Source: a virus (taxonomy: Duplodnaviria > Heunggongvirae > Uroviricota > Caudoviricetes). Taken from it: DNA of 64,000 nt. Below the pieces are notes generated by a model, which was not told where the DNA came from, did not search any database, and worked only from the letters and a program-made list of their open reading frames with translations. The translations under genes and the position numbers were made by a program. The DNA is taken from the IMG/VR virus record IMGVR_UViG_3300028805_000047; one strand, given 5' to 3'. Shown piece by piece: positions 57,737 to 64,000 of the stretch; the first letter of the stretch is position 1, and each line of letters begins with the position of its first letter.

Positions 57737-60169
57737 ATGATAACACTTACAAAGGATAATTCTAATGTAGAGTTTCTTGTAGAAAGAATACCTAGTAGAA
57801 AAGAAGAAATTGAAAAGGCAGCTTCACTTGTTGAAGCTGCTTTAAATATATTACAGTATAAGCTTGATAAATTCACTCGACTTATTTCAGGATTTAAGTT
57901 CATATTTACTTATGAGATACCTACAATGTGTGTAGGAGAGCGTAAAGCTGTATATATGAATCCTGCATTTACAATAAGAGAATTAAAAAAAGATTCAAAT
58001 GTTGCAATAGTGTTATTTCATGAAATGCTTCATGTTTTATTTGCTCACATAAAACGTGAAGATCCAATGTATAAAGTCCTTAATATAAACAAGAATCAAA
58101 AAACGCATAGAATATTTAATATTGCAGCTGATTATGAAGTTAATAATGCAATAGTTAATTCAAAATATACATCTGAGAAAAATCTTCGAGATAACCTGCA
58201 TGGTTATGTAGACTTAGAAAAATATTCTTCTAAACCCTTTGAAGCAATTGCAAAATCTGAATTTCAAGACCGTATTATGAGAATGGAGTATGAGAAGATT
58301 GTCAAAAGGTATCAGAAGATGATAGAAGCTATTAAAAAGGATAAATCCATAACACTTGAAGAACGTAAGAAAAAAGCTAAAAAACTTTTAACAGATGAAA
58401 TTAAAAGAATATACGGAGCAGGAGCTGTTGAAGAATCTTTATTGACATTTTATCAGTTTATAAATGAATCTGAAGAAGATGATGTTAAAGCTGATAAAGA
58501 AGTAAGTGCCATAAAAGATGTATTAAAATCTATTGATGATTGGAATGACGATGAAGAATCTGACGATGGTGATGATGGCGGTGATTCAGGCGATTCAGAT
58601 GATGATTCAGCCGAACCTGAAGATAAAGATAAAGGAGAAGAAGGTGAAGAAGGAGGAGAAGAAGAAGGAGAAGAAGAAGGAGAAGAAGGCGGTAAAAAAT
58701 CTAAATCTAAATCAAAAGATGGTAAAGAAAGCTCTGGTTCCGAGGGAGATGAAGATGGAGATGGCATGCCAGGAACAGATCCTAGTACAGAACTAGATGA
58801 CAAGGATTTTAGTGGAGGTGAAGAAGATAGTAAAGATGGGAAATCTGGTAAAGACGGTAAAGATGGAGAATCTGATAAGAGTAAAGATGGAGAATCTGGT
58901 GAGAGTGAAAAAGATGGTGAATCAGGTGATGTAGAATCAGGAGAAGGAGATACAGAAAGTTCTGAAGGAGAAGAATCTTCTGAGGATGGTGAAGGTGGTA
59001 GTTCAGGTGGGTCAAGTGGGAAAGATTCTGAAGAAGGTGAAGAATCATCTGAAGGAAATTCAACAGGTTCAGGTTCAGGTGAAGGTAATGAAGGTGAAGA
59101 ATCATCTGAAACTGGAAGTGGAGAATCTTCTGAGAATGGTGAAGGCGATAAAGATGAAGAATCTAATGATGGCGAATTAGATGGTTCAGGTGGTAGTGGA
59201 GGCATTGGTGAAGCAGGTGAAGATGAAGATCCTGAAATGACTGATTCAATATTCAATAAAGTAACAATCGAATCTGAGGATGATATTTTAAAGGCTGTCG
59301 GAAAAGATATACCTGACAGTTTAAAAGAATTATTGTCTAAATCTGAAGTTCTTAATGTCGATATTGATGATTTGAATGAGCTTGATAATAGAGAAGAACC
59401 TCAAGATACAAACTTTGCAAATTCAGTATCACTAAAGAGTAAAGTATCAACTGAAAGAATACAGAATAGATTAAAGAAAATAATAACTTACCAAACTGTT
59501 AACAGACGGCAGTCATTGTATAAGACAAAAGTTATTTTTCCAAGAAAGTCTTTAATTTATAATGCTGATAAGTATATTTTACCGTCAAGGAAGTATTCTT
59601 CACAGAATACACTTGCAACTTGTACAGCGAATATTTATGTTGACTTTTCAGGATCTATTTTTGGTAATCAAGATCAGTATATGGCAATAATTGGAGCATT
59701 AATGCCTATATTACAAGTATTAAATATTAAGACGTACAGAAGTTATGCATTTGGCGGTACAAATAAAGTATATCCATTAAAACTTGAAGATATTCCAGAG
59801 TTTAAAACTAATGCATCTCTTGAGAAAGCAGGTATAGCATCAATGATTTTGAATACTGAATTATTAGGACCATGTGTAAGACAATCTACAAATGACATAC
59901 TTGAATTGAAAGATAAAAAAGTAAATTCAAGCTCTGCGAATTCACCTATTGTAATGATTAACATTTTAGTTGGTGATGGTGAATGGGCGGACATGATGCG
60001 TACTAGTAAAGTTGATAAAGATCTTGAAGAGTATAAAGCAGTATCAAATACTAATTTTGTTGATTGTACAATAGCTCTTGTGACAGTACAGTCAGATTAT
60101 AAAATTAAAGATTTTACAAGTCCAAGAGGTTATCTTTTAACAGAAAATGTAATTAAAATATTAGTATAG
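57737..60169 (+). CDS. DUF2201-type metallopeptidase + acidic linker + VWA-like domain protein
   Basis: IPTMCV, HEMLH, NIAADYEVN; ~260-aa G/S/E/D tract; MIDAS-like VDFSGS and VGDG. Confidence 0.85.
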   Translation: MITLTKDNSNVEFLVERIPSRKEEIEKAASLVEAALNILQYKLDKFTRLISGFKFIFTYEIPTMCVGERKAVYMNPAFTIRELKKDSNVAIVLFHEMLHVLFAHIKREDPMYKVLNINKNQKTHRIFNIAADYEVNNAIVNSKYTSEKNLRDNLHGYVDLEKYSSKPFEAIAKSEFQDRIMRMEYEKIVKRYQKMIEAIKKDKSITLEERKKKAKKLLTDEIKRIYGAGAVEESLLTFYQFINESEEDDVKADKEVSAIKDVLKSIDDWNDDEESDDGDDGGDSGDSDDDSAEPEDKDKGEEGEEGGEEEGEEEGEEGGKKSKSKSKDGKESSGSEGDEDGDGMPGTDPSTELDDKDFSGGEEDSKDGKSGKDGKDGESDKSKDGESGESEKDGESGDVESGEGDTESSEGEESSEDGEGGSSGGSSGKDSEEGEESSEGNSTGSGSGEGNEGEESSETGSGESSENGEGDKDEESNDGELDGSGGSGGIGEAGEDEDPEMTDSIFNKVTIESEDDILKAVGKDIPDSLKELLSKSEVLNVDIDDLNELDNREEPQDTNFANSVSLKSKVSTERIQNRLKKIITYQTVNRRQSLYKTKVIFPRKSLIYNADKYILPSRKYSSQNTLATCTANIYVDFSGSIFGNQDQYMAIIGALMPILQVLNIKTYRSYAFGGTNKVYPLKLEDIPEFKTNASLEKAGIASMILNTELLGPCVRQSTNDILELKDKKVNSSSANSPIVMINILVGDGEWADMMRTSKVDKDLEEYKAVSNTNFVDCTIALVTVQSDYKIKDFTSPRGYLLTENVIKILV

Positions 60170-60170
60170 A

Positions 60171-60596
60171 ATGGAACTTTTACTTGACAGAAAATATAGA
60201 AAGGAAAAATATACTATTGGAAATTTGTATATTAATGGTTCTTATTTTTGTTCAACTCTTGAAGATCCTGACAGAGACTTGAATAAGAATGGTAAATTCG
60301 ATAATGGTGAAAAGAAAATTTATGGCGAGACTGCTATACCTAATGGAAGGTATCTTGTTATTTTGTCATATTCATCTAAGTTCAAACGAATACTACCTGA
60401 GATTATAAATGTTAATTCATTTTCTGGTGTCAGAATGCACAGAGGAAATACAGTAAAAGATACAAATGGATGTCCGCTTGTGGGTGAGAATAAAGTTGTA
60501 GGCGGTTTAATCAATAGTGCTTATTGGGAAAAGAAACTTATAGCTGAATTGAAGAAAGTAAAAGAGGATGAAAGAATTTGGATTACAGTAAAATGA
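60171..60596 (+). CDS. DUF5675-family protein (putative endolysin/peptidoglycan peptidase)
   Basis: YTIGNLYING..CSTLE, TAIPNGRY, FSGVRMHRGN..DTNGCPLVG. Confidence 0.8.
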   Translation: MELLLDRKYRKEKYTIGNLYINGSYFCSTLEDPDRDLNKNGKFDNGEKKIYGETAIPNGRYLVILSYSSKFKRILPEIINVNSFSGVRMHRGNTVKDTNGCPLVGENKVVGGLINSAYWEKKLIAELKKVKEDERIWITVK

Positions 60597-61180
60597 GAGA
60601 AAAATTTAATGCAATATTATCAATAGCCGTAGTAATTCTGATTTGTGTATTATTTGTCTTTATAGGTAAAATCATAAATCAGAATCGTCAAATTAATGAA
60701 CTTATAAGTAATCAGAAGGCTTTGTATTCACAAGTTGATTCAGACAAGAATAATTTAATCAGTCTCAGTTATACAATTTCTGAATTAAAGAAATATGAGA
60801 AAGAACTTTATGATTCTATAAAATCTATTTCAAAGACAGAAAAAATAAAAATAAAAGAAATAACAAAAGTTGAGTATATAGAAAATCAGTTTAATAAAAC
60901 TGATACGGTATATATGAATACTTTAACTGATACTTGTTATGGAGATTATGCTTGGTATGAAATTTGTCTTGATTTTGAAGATTCTCTTTTAACATCTGAC
61001 ATAAATGTAAAAAGTGATTTATATATCACATATTACAATCATAAAGAAACTATAAAGCCTAAAAAGATTTGGCCTTTATGCTTATTTCAAAAGAAGCATA
61101 TTTTGACACAAATAAATATTAATGAAAAGAATCCATACATAAGCTTAACAGATTCAAAGATTGTTGAGATTAAAAAATAA
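60593..61180 (+). CDS. putative spanin / lysis accessory protein
   Basis: N-terminal TM plus coiled coil; overlaps the DUF5675 gene stop. Confidence 0.55.
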   Translation: MREKFNAILSIAVVILICVLFVFIGKIINQNRQINELISNQKALYSQVDSDKNNLISLSYTISELKKYEKELYDSIKSISKTEKIKIKEITKVEYIENQFNKTDTVYMNTLTDTCYGDYAWYEICLDFEDSLLTSDINVKSDLYITYYNHKETIKPKKIWPLCLFQKKHILTQININEKNPYISLTDSKIVEIKK

Positions 61181-61187
61181 TTTTATT

Positions 61188-61625
61188 ATGAAAAATAAGT
61201 TTTTGACATTTAAGGAATATATAGTAGAAGCGGCTATGTCAGATATAAAAGACTACACCGAAGTTAGTCTTTTAGATGTTAAGGATTGCTTTGTCAAAGA
61301 CAATAATAATATATACATTATTCATAAAATTTTACAGTTCAATAGAGAATGGAAAATTTTGAAAGAATTTGACTTTGATAAAAAGGATACTATAAAAACA
61401 GAAATTGATAGCAGTAATAATGTTATTATGGTTATCAATAAATCTGGTGATACAACTAACTATACATTTAAACTGAAACCAACATTGCATGTACAGTTTG
61501 ATAATAATGACTATGCAATAATAATTCAGTTGGAAACTTCTGAAGATTATTTAGAGGTATTTTTAGATGAAAGAGGGTATAAGAATTTGTTAATGGGAAT
61601 TCAGTTACCGGAAGAAAATGATTAA
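61188..61625 (+). CDS. putative virion internal protein (CTS-like MKNKFLTFKEYIVE)
   Basis: N-terminal motif. Confidence 0.65.
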   Translation: MKNKFLTFKEYIVEAAMSDIKDYTEVSLLDVKDCFVKDNNNIYIIHKILQFNREWKILKEFDFDKKDTIKTEIDSSNNVIMVINKSGDTTNYTFKLKPTLHVQFDNNDYAIIIQLETSEDYLEVFLDERGYKNLLMGIQLPEEND

Positions 61626-61637
61626 AATTATGTTAAC

Positions 61638-62501
61638 ATGGCAAGCTATACTGATTTTTTTGAAGATAAGAGCACAGATAAAATGAGTACTGTCAACTGT
61701 AATGCCACAGATGACAATATAGCTTGTCTTAATGCCTTTATAAAAGATATTCAAGAAGAAATGTCTGTAGCTTGTATGATACCGTTTACCATACCTGAAA
61801 GAGCTATAGTACACGTTATTAAAGATACAAAAGAATTATTTTATAGAATATATGAAGATGCTGTTGAAAGACAGTATTTCGCAATTCGAGCAAATGTCTT
61901 GCATAACCAGCTATTTAAAAAATCAGTTGATGAAAATACGGATAGTACAGCTACAAGAGGTCGATTGATATTGCCTACAAATGTAATTTCGGTTTGTGGA
62001 ATTTATGAACTTGGAAATTATAATGGTGAAAGCGGTGGAAGCAGGTGGTATAGAAACCAAAATGACTGGTGGGCTTTTAATGGTGATTTTTACAGTTATG
62101 GCCGAACTGCTCTTGCTGCAACAGGTCTTGAATATTGGGTAATAGAATCAAGTTTCTTTGATCAAATGCAAAGACTTTTTCAACATCCAATAGGTTATAA
62201 TTATAACAGGCTTACAAACAGACTTACCTTTACAGGTGAATTGCCAAGAACTGATATTGTACTTGATGTCTGTACTGCTGTTGAAGACTGTGCATTATTT
62301 AGTGATCCGTATTTCAAAAGATATATTGTAGCTGAATGCAAGAAACAATTAAGACGAGTTATTTCTATGTTTGGTGGAAAACTTATTGGTGATACAACAA
62401 TAAATGTAGATGCGATAGCAAATGAAGGACAATCAGAAATACAGGCAATAGAACAAGAAATAAAAGCTGACCATTCAAATACATATTGGATAGCTTTATA
62501 A
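61638..62501 (+). CDS. neck protein (T4 gp13-like)
   Basis: YNYNRLTNRL, YFKRYIVAECK, FGGKLIGDTTIN...EIQAIEQEI. Confidence 0.75.
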   Translation: MASYTDFFEDKSTDKMSTVNCNATDDNIACLNAFIKDIQEEMSVACMIPFTIPERAIVHVIKDTKELFYRIYEDAVERQYFAIRANVLHNQLFKKSVDENTDSTATRGRLILPTNVISVCGIYELGNYNGESGGSRWYRNQNDWWAFNGDFYSYGRTALAATGLEYWVIESSFFDQMQRLFQHPIGYNYNRLTNRLTFTGELPRTDIVLDVCTAVEDCALFSDPYFKRYIVAECKKQLRRVISMFGGKLIGDTTINVDAIANEGQSEIQAIEQEIKADHSNTYWIAL

Positions 62502-62542
62502 ATTATAAAAATATAAATAATAAAAAATAAAGTTTAAAAGTT

Positions 62543-63109
62543 ATGGGACTTCATCATTTTAGAAATTCTACGGCGTCAAGGGAAAAATACGAACCAGTCG
62601 TAACGTCATATTCTGATGCAACAATAATTTTGCCTTCTCAATTAGGTCAAAATAATTTGTTTATTGAGCATATTTCAAAGATTTCAGGTCTAGATAATTT
62701 ATATCCTACGTCACCTGTTATTAAACAACAGTTTTATCAATCAACTCGTTCTTATGCTGGTCTTCCAACAGAAACATCTGTAGAACTTACTATTGATATG
62801 ACTCAAAACTTGAACCGTCAACATGAAAACTACATATATAATACAATCCTTGAATGGTATCGTATGATATATGATGAAAGAACAGCACAAACGTCTTTAA
62901 AAATTGATTATTGTGGGTCGTTGATAGTACAACAATATGATAGAGATGGTTCAATTTGGAGAAATATCTTTTGCGAGATTTGTTTCCCAACAGGCCAACC
63001 TACTGGTATGGGTGATTTTGATACTAAGCCTAATAACTCTGCTGCTGATTTGCAATTCAAGTTACAATGTGATTTGAATACAATTGAAACGAAGGGTATT
63101 GACTTTTAA
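62543..63109 (+). CDS. tail tube protein (T4 gp19-like)
   Basis: RSYAG, ELTIDM, EWYRMIYD, QYDRDG, CFPT, LQCD; adjacent to sheath; TATAAATA at 62512. Confidence 0.8.
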   Translation: MGLHHFRNSTASREKYEPVVTSYSDATIILPSQLGQNNLFIEHISKISGLDNLYPTSPVIKQQFYQSTRSYAGLPTETSVELTIDMTQNLNRQHENYIYNTILEWYRMIYDERTAQTSLKIDYCGSLIVQQYDRDGSIWRNIFCEICFPTGQPTGMGDFDTKPNNSAADLQFKLQCDLNTIETKGIDF

Positions 63110-63151
63110 TAAAATGTAAAATAATTTAACGAATATTAAAATTTTTATAAA

Positions 63152-64000
63152 ATGGCTATAGATTCATCTTTAAAACATAATTCAGCTGGTGTTTATACAC
63201 TTATCATAGATAAGAGTCAGTCAGCTGTTGATAATACTGTTGAACCTACAAGACAAAGACTATTGATTGGTTTTTCTAAGCAAGGACCAGTTAATCGTCC
63301 AGTATTAGTCAATAATTATACAGACTTTGTAAAGTTATTTGGTGATATTGATAGAAGCCTTGAAAAATCAGGAAGTTACTTTCATAGAATGGCTAAAATG
63401 GCTCTTAATAAAAGTTCTATTTTGGTTATGAACCTTTTGAAAGTGAATGAAGTTGAGGATCAAGTACAAACAACTGGACTCAGTGTTTCTCCAGAAGTTA
63501 ACAACAGTACTATTTGTACAATTCCATTAGTTGGTACATATGATACATCTATATTCTGGATTCCTGATTCTGAAACATATGGTTATTCGTTATCAAGATT
63601 TTTACCTGATAATGGAATAATGCATGAAAACCATATTGATAAACAAATATTGAATATGGTTAACATTAATAAAAAACCTGTAAGTATTTTAGTAAAGAGA
63701 GCATCTGAATATAACAGACAAGGCTATAATATGACTGTTAAAGATTGGTATGGTTCAGATGAAATTCCATCATTCTTGAATCCTACATCAATTATTTCAG
63801 ATTATCTTGTAGATGTTTACATCGTAGCAGGTGACTTTGGTAAAGCATACAATCAAAGTAAACAAATTAGTACAATTACAGGTGATAATGGTGAAAAATA
63901 TTATACAGTTGTAAATGAGGATAAAGAAAATCCTTATTACAGATTTACATCTGATATAACATATCAAAATTACTTTACAGAAGATGGTTTCAAACGTAAA
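63152..64000 (+). CDS. tail sheath protein (T4 gp18-like), 3'-partial
   Basis: MAIDSSLKHNSAGVYTLIIDKS...IGFSKQGPVNRPVLV...FVKLFG; runs off the window. Confidence 0.85.
   Translation, partial: MAIDSSLKHNSAGVYTLIIDKSQSAVDNTVEPTRQRLLIGFSKQGPVNRPVLVNNYTDFVKLFGDIDRSLEKSGSYFHRMAKMALNKSSILVMNLLKVNEVEDQVQTTGLSVSPEVNNSTICTIPLVGTYDTSIFWIPDSETYGYSLSRFLPDNGIMHENHIDKQILNMVNINKKPVSILVKRASEYNRQGYNMTVKDWYGSDEIPSFLNPTSIISDYLVDVYIVAGDFGKAYNQSKQISTITGDNGEKYYTVVNEDKENPYYRFTSDITYQNYFTEDGFKRK

Noticed and set aside
58453..59256. 267-aa Ser/Pro-rich minus-strand ORF
   Set aside because: Antisense shadow of the low-complexity acidic linker of 57737..60169
132..62990. Numerous short minus-strand and nested ORFs in the track
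   Set aside because: They overlap well-supported + strand genes and show no motifs
1..64000. Stop-codon reassignment (TAG->Gln as in Lak phages, or TGA)
   Set aside because: Terminase, portal and other long structural genes are intact in code 11, and TAG/TGA end genes at sensible boundaries
1..64000. tRNA or rRNA genes
   Set aside because: No cloverleaf/T-loop signature recognised in the intergenic regions; tRNAscan-SE would be needed to exclude them

Overview
AT-rich segment of a large T4-like (myovirus) bacteriophage genome, read in the standard genetic code with almost all genes on the + strand. The host is probably a Bacteroidetes, judged from the gene families and promoter style (inference). 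Positions ~1-26 kb are an accessory/early region of small, mostly unknown ORFs. It contains several paralog families, six copies of a ~75-bp promoter cassette, a solo tnpB, a DNA methyltransferase and a thymidylate-synthase-like gene with a dCMP-type active-site residue. Positions ~26-64 kb are the late/structural region: gp15-like tail completion, baseplate proteins, intein-containing large terminase, Dam-family MTase, gp55-like late sigma factor, portal, putative lysis genes, neck, tail tube and the 5' part of tail sheath. Three observations stand out. (1) About a dozen unrelated proteins share an 'M(E/K)NLKTFxxF(L/I)NE' motif resembling the T4 capsid-targeting sequence; these include every member of a DUF285 + AAA + MoxR-like AAA + metallopeptidase/VWA cluster, suggesting a virion-packaged, injected chaperone/protease system. 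(2) A lone minus-strand gene has family-A-polymerase-like motifs. (3) A five-member gene family has constant ends and variable centres, plus two micro-ORFs carrying only its C-terminal motif. All family assignments come from motif recognition by eye; no database search was run.
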